From: Lingula anatina
Taxonomy: Eukaryota; Animalia; Brachiopoda
Assembly: GCA_051362555.1 (NCBI GenBank)
Contig: CM120644.1
Location: 3,542,954-3,606,953, forward strand
Reading direction: 5' to 3'
Length of the DNA: 64,000 nucleotides
The position numbers and the translations under genes are program-made. The number at the start of each line of letters is the position of its first letter. The stretch's first letter is position 1. Shown one piece after another: positions 1-13,458 of this stretch. A model generated the notes under the pieces. It saw only the letters and a list, made by a program, of their open reading frames with translations. It searched no databases and was not told where the DNA came from.

Positions 1-200
1 TATTATATTTCTGTCATTTGTGTACAATATATAATATGAAATCTCATTTTGTCTTCTCAGTTTGCTCAGTCATAAATGGAATCATTAAGTATTGTGTGTA
101 TTCAAATAATGTGTTTGAGTTTTCTCAAATACAGCATGAAAGTAACGTGAAAGCCTTTTTTAAAAATGTAAAATTGTAAGAACATTTCTGTGCTCGATAA

Positions 201-201
<1 letters not shown>

Positions 202-256
<55 letters not shown>
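202..256. repeat. (TTA)n microsatellite
   Basis: Direct reading; explains the poly-Ile ORF. Confidence 0.95.
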
Positions 257-257
<1 letters not shown>

Positions 258-2028
258 AAGTTAAGCCACATCATTTTTAATGGCAGTGCACAAAATAGGC
301 GTATTTTCATACTGATGCAAAATCGCATACTGATTAACAGCATAATCACTACCAATTTTTATTATCTACTATACATGCAGAAAATGTAAGTACCTCATGG
401 CATCAAGCCCATGGGATACCTAAGTCAGATTCCAATATTTGGAAATAAAAAAAAAAATCATTTCTTCAGGAACAAGAAGAAGCTGTATTATAGTTTTCTT
501 TAAACAATAATTCCCATGGTACTGTCCAAAACAGGGTTTTCTTTTCATGCAGTATTATGTATTACCATAGAAGTTTTCTCTACTTCTATGGTATTACCTA
601 ACAGCATAATCACTATCAATTTTGATAATATAATATAATATAATATAATATAATATAATATAATATAAGTGTCATGGATATTCAGAAAATGTGCCTGGCA
701 ATTGCCATTCGGCCAATGGAACTTAAATGTCACGCCTTGAAAATAGCAATATGGAAAAAATGAAAAGCAACAGTCAACATAACTGTTGGAAAAAATAGGC
801 CCAATCAAGCTGGTTTTCGAACTCAGCCTGTATTTCAGTAATATTGATTACTCCTATCAGTTTGAAAGACAATAGGTATATCGTTTCTCCTTAAAATCTT
901 TTTTGCATAAACTATATATGCTAAAAAACAGTCACGTTGGTTTTCAAATTTGAGCTGTAGAGGTATTCATCATTTCTGTAAGTTTGACGGCATTAGGTCA
1001 AACGGTTTTCCATGAGAAGTGGTATCAGTATAGTACATAATGTAATATATACAATAAAGCATAACATTTGAAGTTAAGATGTACAAACTAGCGTCCTATA
1101 AGTGTGAAGACAAAAGTTCAACTGGCATTCCACCAAATGTATTATCAGTGCTGCCGTTAGTATAATATACGCTGAAGAAAAAAAAATCAACCAAGCTGAA
1201 AGTTTGAAATTCATCGGTAACATGGTTTATTGGTCGTTACAGCATCAGTGTCAAAAAAGTGTTTTCTTCAACTCTGATGCAATAGTCCATAATGCTGAAC
1301 AACATCATCACCACATTTTTTTCTATAAAATAACATATGTATCATGGATATTCAGAAAATGTGACTAGCAATGGCATTCAGGCCAATAGAAGCTCAAGGG
1401 CACACCTTGAAAATGTCATGATGTGATAAATGAACATTTTACAAAATTGCAGAACTTAACAAAATAAAAATAAATAAATAAATGAATAAATAACTTCAAG
1501 AGGATCAAGCTGACTTGACCTGTATTATAGTAATATTGGTCACACCTGTGATTTTGAAGGCAATAGGCCTATTGCTTTTCCTTGAAATATGTTATTTGTA
1601 TTGCTGTAGTATATATGTATGGTGAAAAAATAGATGACTTTTTGAAAAATGGCCCTATCAAACATTACTATTATTCACCAGGCCTGTAGATTTGATGACA
1701 ATAGGTTAAACTTTTTCCATTTATCGTGTTATCTCTGAAAGGGCAGGTGACACAGCATGTCTGTACATAAAAAGAAAACCGTGTAGCTTATTATCCTCAT
1801 ACTATAATAATGATTTTTAGAAATAAATTTTAACTGATATTGGAAAATCAGTCTGATTGCATTATTTTCCTTGAAGCTATGAAAATTATGTTCTCCATGT
1901 AACATTGCTATTCAGAAAAAAGTGACGAGCAAAGGATTCCAGGTCCATGGGAAGTCAATATCACGCCCTGGAAATAGTTTTTTATCAGAGTATTTTTTGT
2001 ACAATATATTATAATGACAATCCCGTAA

Positions 2029-2702
2029 ACGCCCCGTCACACTAGAATGCCATTGGAAAGACGATTCTTTGTACATTCCTGGATATTCAAAGAGCATTCT
2101 AAAATTTCCGTGTGCATTCCATATATTTACCCGTTCTTGTGGCCGGCCGAATGTTTTGCTCATGCTCAAAACTGTCGAAGTGCATTCCAAGTGGAGAAAT
2201 ATCCAATGGCATTCTAAGTGTTTTCTAACTGCACTTTGAGTGCATTCTAAATATCCTTAGGGCATTCCGACAGCAATCAAAACATTCTGATTGCGTTTGA
2301 GGGAGAACTGAAATGGCAAGACACTGCAAACCCTGCTAGAATACACCAGAATGCAACTTGATTACATCTCAGTAGTAGCCAAAATCCTATTTAAACCAGC
2401 AATCGAACTACACTCCTACGGCATTCGAAGTGTATTCTAAATATACTGACTGCATTCTGACAGCGTTATCAATATTTCTAGTTTTCCAACTACATTCGAG
2501 CCGCATTTGAGAGCTAATACAGCCCAAATGTGCACGAACCATTCCAGGCGGATTCAAGCGCATTCTGAGTTTTCCAATGGCATTCTTACAAGAATTTAGG
2601 TCAATTTGAATTCTTTCTGAATGTAGTAAGAATTTTGAAAATCCTTCATTATGGCTGGTTCTGCTTGATTTATGCTGATTCCGAATAAGTGTGACGGGGG
2701 CT
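2029..2702. mobile_element. PIF/Harbinger-like MITE
   Basis: TIRs GCCCCGTCACACT...AGTGTGACGGGG with TAA on both flanks; internal CATTC-rich repeats; second truncated copy at about 46939-47375. Confidence 0.7.
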
Positions 2703-2709
2703 TAATGGT

Positions 2710-4440
2710 GGAGCAGGACCCATTTTCATCAAAAACTATGGAATGCAATGTCAACTGTTTTGCCCGACTGAAGTTTGCTGTTGATTATGGTTTTAAGCAC
2801 CATGCAAATTTTAAATTTTATAACTTTGGTCCAATAATAGTAAATTGGATAAAAACATAATACACTGAATTTCGTGTACAATTCAAAACAATGGGCATTT
2901 ATCTAGTTTCTGAGTTCAAACTAGGAGAAATCCAAGCTGCTCGGCATTAAATATAAGCTGAAGAATCAAGAATACTCTGAAATCAATTTTACGGAGAAGA
3001 ATGAAAAAAAGAAAAACTACTACAAATTTTTATTTTAACTTCAACCCTCCCGATTTTAGTACAGATATTTACTGTACAACCAAATCCCACTGAATTAGTA
3101 TTTAAAACAACAGAAAAAATTATATGTAATTTCATATGGAATGGTAAAAAAGACAAGGTAAAACAAACTACTATGGTATCAGGTAATGGGGGTCTGAGGG
3201 CACCCAAAATCTAATTATTTGGGAAATCGTTAAAATTGTCAAGTATTGAGTGATTTTAGAAAACAACAGCAGTTGGAAAAGCATAGTGACAAACATTTTC
3301 AAAGACGTCAAAAAAAGAAAAAAAAATGAACTGAATAACTGATGGACTTAGATCAAACAAATTTTGGCAAAGCGTAATTGAATTTTGGGCAGAGAAAGGA
3401 ATGTTCAAGCACAACAGCCGATGAAATACTCTCACAACCAATATGGAAAGAGGACAACATTAAAATTATCAAAAAAAAAAAAAAAAAAAAAAAAAAAATG
3501 ACAGAAGGTTTTTTTACATAAATGATATTATAAATAGCACTGGCAGGTTCATATCACTAAAAGAGTTTAATGAAAAATATATAATTAATGCAAACTTGCT
3601 AGAATACATGAGTATCCAAAATAATATCCAAGCTCACTGGAGAGTTTCTATGTTTACTAACGGAAAATGCATATCTTCATAATATATGCAAGGAAAACCT
3701 GAAAACAATAAACAGCATTTTTAAACTGACAAGGTATTTCTATCAAAAGTACCTACAAGACTTGAAAAAAATAATAACGCAACAGATAAATGGCACACAG
3801 ATACCGAAGAAATAATGGAAGAAGAAAATTGGCACTTGATATATAAATCTGTCTTCACCAAAACAGATGACACCAAATTACAAACATTACAATTAAAAAT
3901 AAATCATAGGATCTTTAACACAAACTCGCACCTTATGAAAATAAATAAAAAGGAATTCCAACAATGCAAGTTTTGCAAAAGAAACAATGGTCCCTGCATT
4001 TTGGGAACGTCAAAACATCTGGACATGATTTATAAAAACTGTGAGAGAAAATATGAATATCGATATTGAAAGGGATGCAAAAGTGTTTTTGTATTTGGCC
4101 TTGTTGAAAAATATAATATAGAAGGATAACATGTTCTTTTGCTTATTAGCAATAAATATATAAGCATAAGTAGGTCTAAGTCCTAAATCCCTACTTAGGA
4201 TCGGTTTAAAACAATACACCCAATACTACATAAATATATGCAAATTTTCCATCCATTTGTACCCGAAAAGGAAACAATCTTGTTTGCGGCTTACATGACT
4301 AAACATTGAAAAAATGTTAAATATTCAACAAATATAAACTAGTAAACACACACCTTATTAATATAGGAGACTCTTATCTCGCTTATTCATTTAACTCAAG
4401 AAACATACGGGTCATATAATCCAGTGTGAAGCAGAATGTA
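2710..4440 (+). mobile_element. Degraded L1/Tx1-clade LINE (RT fragments and C-terminal zf-RVT-like region)
   Basis: Peptide relics FYNFGPIIVNWIKT, NFIWNGKKDKVK..GGLRAP and WHLIYKSVFTKTDDTKLQTLQLKINHRIFNTN..CKFCK with many stops and frameshifts. Confidence 0.8.
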
Positions 4441-4454
4441 ACCTGTTTTTATAT

Positions 4455-5150
4455 AATGTCACAGGCTCAGTCATAATCTAGTCCTATGCCTAAGAGGGTC
4501 AGACCCCAACCTTATTGGGGCCTGGCATGGCCCAGTCTTAATGGTGTCTTTGCATTGTTAAAATATATAGGCAAGTTAATTGACCAAGTTAATTCGCCAA
4601 GCTGCCAGTTCGTTTGTATGGCATTTGCGAATTTTAATAATGTTACATGAACATGATACCAATTCTTTCCTTATCCTCCTTATCCTTTATTTTCCTAAAA
4701 TGTATTATTTCTTTTAAAAAATAGCTATTTTGTCAATGTTACATGCTGTCATAGGTTAAGACATAGACTATGTGAAAGAGAACCCTAAGCTCAATATTCT
4801 TCCACTTGAATAAAATCCACTTTTTTGTAATCAAAATGACCTCTTTACTCTTAGGGAAATGAACAGGTTTTCATTACATTTATACGATGAAAGATTGATA
4901 TCAATACATTCTACACCTTTTTATTAAACATACCTTCACTAGTTATTTTAATCAATCTATTTTGATATATCTCTGATATGTGGTATCAATTATTCAAATT
5001 AAAATGACCTCCCTTTCAATATTAAAGCAATAAACTTTAAAATTATCCTCAGATGAATGCAATTATATTTGATTTGCCACACATGTAAGTATTATAATAT
5101 GTGCCTTAATCTAAGCTCAAAAGAAGTTACCCTTCAACATCCCTGTTAAG
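4455..5150. mobile_element. One arm of a long-TIR DNA transposon; the inverted homologue lies at about 27100-27660 plus 29432-29598
   Basis: Reverse-complement similarity between the two regions; both end at the same TATA position, which is empty in copy 4 (about 37535). Confidence 0.55.
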
Positions 5151-5342
5151 TAAATAGATCCGAACAAGTTAATTTTAACTTCACATGTATTTCACCAGTC
5201 TTGTAGGTTTGAAGACAACAGGTCATATTTTGGTATCTTTGAAAGTGTACAGTGACGGCAGTGGTGACAGATCGCAGGTCATAGCCATATGTATAGACAC
5301 CTAATAGCTTGTGCCTTTACATTGTAATGCTTAAACGGGCAT

Positions 5343-7163
5343 TTATAGGACTAAGATAAAAACTTACAAAATACATACAGCTATTTAATCAAATTGTCAG
5401 TTTGAAATCATCAATCCTAATTACACGGCATTTATTTGAATTAGTTAATAAGTAAATGGCAATTTGTCTAAGGTTCTCTTATTTACAATCCCAAGTTTCT
5501 GACCCTTTCAATCCTCTAAATAAAACTATAAGACTCACCGGTACAATGTATTCCGTCCCCAATGTAAGGATAATTACATTCACATTGGTTGCCATAATCC
5601 CAATTGCATGCCTCATTACTCCAAGGCAGCTTTATCCAGCCTCCCTTGACGCATGTGGCATTTTCCCCACACTTCGCTGTAAACAAGGTAATTAAAAAAT
5701 GTAACAGGGCAACTGCGCAGGCAAAAATCATACACACGCTAGCTTTTAATAAATTTAAGCAGGGTCATCGTATGGCTTGCATTGTTTACATGATAACAGT
5801 TATCATTTGAAATATGTTACACATACATGCAACGTCGGTATTAAAGTTGAAGTCTGATCCCCGTTTGCGTTATGGTAGTAGCAATGCTAGAGGATAAATG
5901 CTACTAAATGGACCATATTAGCTGGGGCAAATGATCGTATTTTTCAGTAATCTTTCTTTCCATTATTTTTCATATTACAACCAAAAACCATTTGGTGTTA
6001 TCTACATTATTAACCAATAGCCGATATCAAGTCTTTAACAGGCAAATGATACCTATCTGGTCGAGTAGATCAAGTAGGAATCTCATAGGACCAGTTGTTG
6101 TGCATTTTATATTTTGAAATATGTCACTTGTAAATGTATCATCGGTATTAAAAATAAACTCTGCTTCCAGTTTCCTTTTTGGAAGGAACATTGGTAGTGG
6201 ATGAATGCTACTAAGTGAAGCATATCAACTAGTTGATAGTAACTGATAGTATTGTCGCATGTGTCAGTTGTATTTTTCCCTCTTCCCATTTTATGACCTA
6301 GAACTATTTGTTGTTATCAACATTCTTTAACCAATAGCCAACTATTCAGTCTTTAACAGGCGAAGCTTACCTATCTGGCATCTGAGTCCGGAATATCCAA
6401 AGGGACAGAGACACTGATAACGTCCATTTCCCTGATTAACACACGTCCCATTATAAAGACAAGGGTTGGTGTCGCATATATCTTAAAAGAAATGTTGCAT
6501 AATTAACCTTTAAGGGCTAGACAATTCTACTTTCTCAGTTTGTATAGCTAATATGAAATTAAATTATTTACTTCACTTCCCCCTAGATAATGTACTTTGT
6601 AATTGTTACCTTACATTTTATGTACAGACACACTGTGAAAATACGCTTGATCCATTTGCCCCACACGTAAAAACAATTGATTTAAAAAGAAAGCAAAGGA
6701 TACCAACTGTTCGTTTTGGACAAAAACAGATTTTTAGGGTGTCGACAATTTGCCCATACTTGCCAATCGTTAATCAATCCATCCTGATATACAAAGTAAG
6801 TGTATGTTTTTTCTAAGAAGTTCTCTTTTTGTTATAATCTCTCAGGATGTCATCGCAGTGGTATAGCCATCTATGAAGGTACACGTGATCTAATGGCAAG
6901 CAAAGCTTCCAGAATAATTGCGACAATTGTGAAATTGGTGGCAAAATGGAAATTAATATATTTTGTACAACAAATATAATATGAAATATGAATCTCATAC
7001 GAACAGTTGTTTTCCTTTTAATCATTTAAAATACACCAATAGTCCTCTCATAAAATTAGAATTTTGACTTGCCGAATCAACCTTGCTACTTACATTCTGC
7101 AAACGATCCACACGCCCACACCATAAGCCCCAAAACGAGAAGGCACCAGAGCAACGATTTCAT
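5343..7163 (-). CDS. Secreted two-EGF-domain protein, copy 1 (4 coding exons: 7094-7163, 6371-6481, 5539-5676, 5343-5350; 108 aa)
   Basis: Manual splicing gives [108 protein letters not shown]. All introns are GT..AG and phase 1 (donors gtaagt, gtaagc, gtgagt). Hydrophobic signal peptide followed by two 6-Cys EGF-like modules. Confidence 0.85.
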
Positions 7164-7290
7164 CACTAATTAGTTGTATTACACCTCGTTCTTTATACGT
7201 CTATGCTGGAATCAAACTAGTATCAACCAACATGAGCAAATGTTAAAAGATGAAAAATTGTTAAAAAGGAATCATATATAAAGTTCAGAT
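7164..7290 (-). promoter_or_regulatory. Conserved region 5' of the leader exon (TATAAAG about 30 nt before ATG; alternatively a 5'UTR acceptor tttgattccag)
   Basis: Near-identical to 42400-42520 upstream of the second leader; both carry GTATAAAGAACGAGG. Promoter versus acceptor cannot be resolved from sequence alone. Confidence 0.35.
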
Positions 7291-7344
7291 TATATAATAT
7301 AATATATTAACCAATGAATTGAACAGCGGCAGAAATACAGCTCT

Positions 7345-9300
7345 GACACTTGATATGAAGTGTTTTTTTTTCCAAATCATTTTTCAGCATTTTTTTCTGA
7401 CTGATAAATGGAAAGAAGGTTTATAGTCGTGTTTTCATAACTTTAAAAAATTTATTTGATGTCACTGTGACATCAGTTCATCAATTGGAACCGCCGGAAA
7501 AGCAGACAAAAATACACTGTCCATTTTAAGTCAAACGACAACCATTAAAAGCGATATTTTGGATCTCCATATTTTCCAAATTGTCACATATAAAAGAGTT
7601 ACACGGCCCACAAAGGACCCTCATGTCAGTGTCTAGTCACAGCAATTGTAGCTGTTACGCCTGACCTCATCTGGCTACTACCAGGGCATTCAAGCTGCAA
7701 GGTTGTCATTCATATAGGTTTAATCTGCTATAACTTGTTAAATTTGATTAAGTTTTGTTGTAAGACATGAAGGACGTTGATTTGGCAAGTAAAACCCTAT
7801 ACACACGCTGTCTATGTTAAGCAAATATGGCGATTTTGACGCCCCAGTTAGCTGCTTATTCCCTTGGTTCTGTAAGCCATATGCTATTAAATGTGCTCTG
7901 TTTCAATCAGTAATCTTTCCATGAAACCCACAGTTGTTCCTAAGATGTCCCCTATCAAATGATAGTCAAGTGGTTCCCAGATTACTCCTTTATTCGAAGG
8001 GTTCAGGGCCCGTTTCACAAAACAGCCACTGGTTTGAATAACTAACTACTGAACTATCTTGCTAAGGACAAAACTTAGAGATTATGATGGTTGTTTCTCA
8101 AAGCAGTCATTAACTCATTGCTAAGTTCAGTTACAAAGTTCATTGCTAAGTTTAGTTCGTTAGTTCTTTCGTTACTCACTGTGCTTTCGAAACAGTCTAC
8201 CAGAAGTGGAACTTTTGTGTCAAATTGTCACGAATGCACTATATTTGGCAGCTGAAAATGCATAATAGAGTCTGCTTTGAGGATCCTCACCACTCCTTTT
8301 GGTGCTCTTTTTGTAACAGCCAGAAAAAATTCATTAATTGCATCATCGTGCATAAATTCTAATAGATATGCCTTTGATGAAAACGTGATAGTCCACGTTG
8401 CCATCCAGTGGCAAGCATGGCAAGAAAGGCAGCCGCCATATTGCATACAAAGGCAAACGACAGACAACAGTAACTAAGCAACCTTTCCATTTCATTCATT
8501 ACGCATGTGTACGATGATACTCTAGAGTTTGCAACTGATCTGAACAATCGACACAATAACGAGTGAGAGAACTAGCGATAACTTCATGAAATGGCACTTA
8601 TAACAAGTGAGAGGCTAGCAACCGATTACTAACTAACTACTGCTTCGTGAAGCGTCCCCGGGTTTTCATCAATGCCTTTCATTGGTGCAATGTGGTATGG
8701 AATCCAGAAAGTTAATGGTCCTGTTCACTTTAGACCAACACACGCTTCATCAAAGGCCAATTCAGTATGTCTGCAAACTCTGTTTTGAGCGGTACAGTTT
8801 TAGTGTTCTGCTCAGAAACGGTCATGGTCCCAAATTCATTAGAGAAACAGACGGTAATGTTTTGCTGTTTACAATGGATTCCTCAGAGGTAGCCTGACAT
8901 TCTTACCTGCTAAATCCAACTTGGTGTTCGCTTAGGGCCTTGGAAAACACGTTTTGGTGGTAATTTACCCCTAATGGACTGAATGGACTGGGTTGTTTTT
9001 GTTTGGTTGCAGTAGCATATCCAGAAGCACAGCGAGTCCTGTGCCCTGGTGGTAAGATTTCAATACATTGGGCGTGGCCTCTGTATAGGTAAATCAGCCT
9101 GGGATAAGTGTATAAATCTGTGCGGACCGCTCCATGTGACACAATAATTTTCCTGGCAATGAACAGCCCAAAGAGCACTACCCAATCAAATGACTGCATG
9201 TTACACAATGCAGCAGTGCAACAGACATGGTAGTCAGTTAACTGGTAGCGACACATCTGACTACACACTTCCCCATTCAAATATCCTATATGAGATCTAC
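7345..9300. mobile_element. Copy of the same non-autonomous family as 40513-42159, interrupted by the Harbinger-like element
   Basis: Colinear similarity to 40520-42080. Confidence 0.7.
8007..8658. mobile_element. Harbinger-like non-autonomous element
   Basis: TIRs GGCCCGTTTCAC...GTGAAGCGTCCC; flanks CAG/CGG match the uninterrupted host repeat ggttCAGgttttc at about 41215. Confidence 0.65.
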
Positions 9301-10309
9301 CCTCCACCAGGGTGGCAGATTATATAGAGAAAATGGAAAAAAATCCACTCTGTGACTTTTGCCTAGATGGGACAATTCTGTCCGCGTGCAGATAGCATTG
9401 TACCCGCTTTGAGTATTTTCTAGGTGTGGCTTTGAGATTCCACGAGTCTGAAGCTCTATTTCAATTCCATTATATTAGTGCCTGAATTGCTTCAAATACA
9501 TAATTAACTATCAAGAAGCAAGGGCGGGTGAAATTAACACGATCTGCCACCTTATAATCAAAACTGAAAAGCTTGCTCTCCAGCATTCTTTTGTTTACTG
9601 GAAGGCAAGCTCTTAAGTTAACAAAGGCAGTCAACAACTAGCCATCTAGCTGCAAAAGGCCTATTGATTCGCAGAGTTTCAGGAGCGAGGGCTATCTTAA
9701 TTGCGCATTAACCAGACACGTCGTCGGTACCAAAAAGGGAAGAATTCTCATAGCGATTTTAGTAAGGCTTATGGTGCATGCCCCTAGTGTCCAAATATGC
9801 ATGATATTCTATTCAATTTGGTAGCTTTTGTCACATCCATCTACCATCAAGTGTGTTTTAGAAGGGGTTGCAAGTGCCTTTTTACGATGAAGCTTGTAGT
9901 ATCCCTGAAATCACATCTTGCAAAAGGAATGATACATCTCTTGAAAATATTACAATAAAAATGCCCCATCGAATTCTGGTCCAGAAAGACCATTATACCA
10001 AAATAGAACAATTACCAAAAACATGACCATGGAATGCCATCCAAACACTGACCCGGCCCCTCAGGCGACATTATTCTGAACGCGCTCTTCCTAGAAACAT
10101 TCAGCAACATTTCTGGCTGTTCTTTGTTTATATCTTTGCATGCATTCAATTTTATTCGGCTGTACGCCTTAAACTTAACAAAGCGCTTAGATGGAAGTGT
10201 TAAAACAGAGAAAGAGAGGTTAAAACACCTTGCCTAAACTTTGAATAAACTGTTAACCAACAATGTTTCACCTATGCAAGGAGATAAATGAAGGTATATT
10301 GACCACTAA

Positions 10310-11630
10310 CTGGTATTTGATTAAAAGCCCTATACTTTTTCTTTCATCCTCTCTCTCTCTCTCTCTCAAATTGATAGTGTTGAAAAGGTTGACAAATACG
10401 GGTAGCTATATCTGTAAATTGACATAACAAAAAGGTGAAAGTGATTTGAACTGAAACCTTAATTGAATAGATATGAGGGCATATCCCATTTACAGCTGAG
10501 CTCCATAGCCTGTCATCTTGTTGAGCTCCATTGCCTTCCATCTTTCTGAATCATTAGCACATCCGTGGCTAGATTAAAAGCTGTCAATTCTAATATGATT
10601 ATATATTTAAAATTCTCTCTCTCTCTCTCTCTCTCGATATCTCTTTCTCTCTCTCTCTCAAATTGATAACATTGAATAGGCTGACAAAGCACAAAAAAGA
10701 CAGACATCGCCAGCCAGACAGATTATTGCGCAGAACGGAACTGTCTGCACAGTTTTAGAGATTAATGCCCAGACTGATGTACCTACACAGAGGCCACACA
10801 GTGTATCGAAAACAAAAACTACCCGGTCCATTTAGAATGAGGGGTACATTACCACCAAAACACATTTTTCATGGCCTCTAGCGATCACCAAACTGGTTGT
10901 AGCAGGTTAGAATACCAGACGATCTCCGAAGAACCCGCTGTGAACAGCAAAACATTGTCGTCTGTTTCTTTAATGAATTGGGGTACATGACCGTTTCTGG
11001 GTAGAACACTGAAACCGCGTGGCTTTCTTTATTGAGGTCAAATTCCACCTACACCTCTCAATTGGCCAAAACACAGTTAACAGACATCCAAACGAAGCGT
11101 GTGCCGCGACTGAAGTGAATAGGGTCATAGACAGGGTCATTGAAGTGGATACCACATTGGTGAAAAAACACCAATGGCAGTCATCGATACAAGAGAATAA
11201 TCTGGGAACCAGTTGACTATCATTTGATAGGGGGTACCTTAGGGACAGTTTTAAGTTGCACGGTGAGCTTCTGAATCATTATCACACCCGTGGCTAGATT
11301 AAAAGCTCTCAATTCTAATATGAATATATATTTAAAATAATTCTGTCTCTCTCTCTCATATCTCTTTCTCTCCCTCTCTCAAATTGATAACACTGAATAC
11401 AGGAGGTAGGCTGACAAAGCACAAAAAAGACTGACAATGCCAGACAGATTATTGCGCAAAAAGGAACGGCCCACACAGTCTTAGACAGAAATGCTCAGAC
11501 TGATGTACCTACACAGAGGCCACACCGAAATCTTACGACAAGGGTACAGCACTTGCTGTTCTTCCCGATATGCTGCTGCTACTAAACTGGAATTTGATTA
11601 AAAGTCCTATACTATTTCTCTCATCCTCTG
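10310..11630. repeat. Internal sub-repeats of the same family, opposite orientation
   Basis: Recurring units gatgtacctacacagaggccacac..gtatcgaaa and cacaaaaaaagacagacat with (TC)n tracts; a further piece at about 13780-14200. Confidence 0.65.
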
Positions 11631-11631
11631 A

Positions 11632-11634
<3 letters not shown>

Positions 11635-11721
<87 letters not shown>
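11635..11721. repeat. Compound (TC)n(TA)n microsatellite
   Basis: Direct reading. Confidence 0.95.
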
Positions 11722-11724
<3 letters not shown>

Positions 11725-12184
11725 CTTAAATGCAAATGCTAAGAATGAGCAGAAAAAGTCGAAAACCAATTCCTTACCTTTTTAATCACAGTGACTGAGC
11801 CTCTGAGTGACTGAGAGTTGTTACGGGTCTCCGTAATTTGACCTAATTTTTCATGTCGAAGCTCCATGCTCGCTCATCAGCAGTGGCTCGTGAACTTAAA
11901 GGGATAATAACTCTTCGTATGAGATATATATTTCACAATAAAACCATTTAACAACTCATAGAAATATAAGATATTCTGTTGTACCACAAAAACGGCAGTT
12001 ATAGCTATTTTTCTGATATCTTTAGACCACGTGACCTCCATTGGTGGCTATACTCTGTTATAATCTCTAAGATATTATAACAAAAAAAAAAAAAAAATAG
12101 AAAAGAACAGGGACTATCTTTGACGTAAAAAAGGATTCATTTACCATTGATAAGTATGGGAAAATTATTATTATTATTATTATT

Positions 12185-12500
12185 ATTATCAAATTTGCCA
12201 CTCGGGGTTGGATAAATACATTCTTTGCACCGTAGTTAAATAAATTCACTAATGAATTAAAAAAAGACCAAAGATGAAATAAAAGTCTATTAGTCAATTT
12301 TGGAAATTCTATATCGCAGGGGTTAAAAAGCCACTCATTGATTGTTTGGTTTTAATTTTAAGCCTTTTGAATATTTCAGGTCCTGGTGGATGACGCGCCG
12401 TGTAATCAAAAGTGTGATTGCTGTATCAAAATGATTTTTTCATCACGATAATACTTACATTGTCAGAGCAGGTAGAACGAACTTCCAATGGCCAGTGGTC
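12185..12500. repeat. Dispersed repeat shared with about 61435-61805
   Basis: Shared ttatcaaatt..ccactcggggttgga.. through aacttccaatggc. Confidence 0.65.
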
Positions 12501-13170
12501 AGGGGACTCGTAAATAAGTGATATTTATTTCCCGTAAGTTTTACTTTTTGGCAAGTAATCGATTAAAATAGAAAAAATATAGTGGAGTTTAGTCATCACA
12601 GTCGGTATTATGAAATAAAAGTAGCTTTATTTTTGGATTTTAGATGCTTAAATGTTTAAATTACAAACTGGAACGTTAATTATAAGGCCCCGTTCAGAGA
12701 AGAGCCGAGTGTGAGTGCTAGCTAAGCCGCGATCTAAATATGGCGGACCTACAAGAAAGGAAGACCGCTTAATCCTGTAATGGTCTCACCGCCTCTCACA
12801 CGCCTCCCCACGCGTCGAATCTCGGCCAGTTAAGTCAAAATTTAATTACTGTGCCTCTGCAGGGACGAAGAAGAAAAATATAACAGATAAGTCTACCATG
12901 ATACATGAGTATATACCCGTTTCTTACTCTGCCTGCATGAGTTGGATTTAAGGTTTCTTGTAATATAAATAAGTGATAAATTTAGTGACCAGTAATATAA
13001 TGTGAGATGTTTTAAATATCAAAATCTATTTGTCCTTTTTGTCACTGAAAGAAATATGCATCCTTAAACAAATGTATATCAAAGGAAAATGTCCATGCCG
13101 ACGAAATAAATTCTTTTTTATCCACACACTCATTCTTGTCATTATCTACGGCATGAAAAGCAGCGCCATC

Positions 13171-13458
13171 TTCCGTCACATTGTAAAACCCCAGGAATTT
13201 TTGTGGTCTTCTTAAAGTCAGAAGTCAACGTCCTAGGCACCAAAATAAATAAATAAATAAATAAATAAATAAAATTATTGACTGCCGAAACTCAGCTAAA
13301 CCCTCTCGCCGTCACATTGTAAAACCCCAGGAATTTATGTGGTCTTCTTAAAGTCAGAAGTCAACGTCCTGGGCACCAAAATAAATAAATAAATAAATAA
13401 ATAAATAAATGAATAAATAAAATAATTGATTGCCGAAACTCATCTAAACCCTCTCGCC
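13171..13458. repeat. Tandem duplication, two units of about 140 bp each containing (TAAA)n
   Basis: ccgtcacattgtaaaaccccaggaattt...aaaccctctcgcc occurs twice. Confidence 0.85.

Noticed and set aside
125-355. Hydrophobic poly-Ile ORF (also 12067-12297, 24672-24872, 40255-40440, 58733-59038)
   Set aside because: Translations of microsatellites, not membrane proteins.
6813-6895. Possible extra minus-strand terminal exon ([15 protein letters not shown])
   Set aside because: Reading frame is not conserved in copy 4; the plus-strand relic explains the conservation better.
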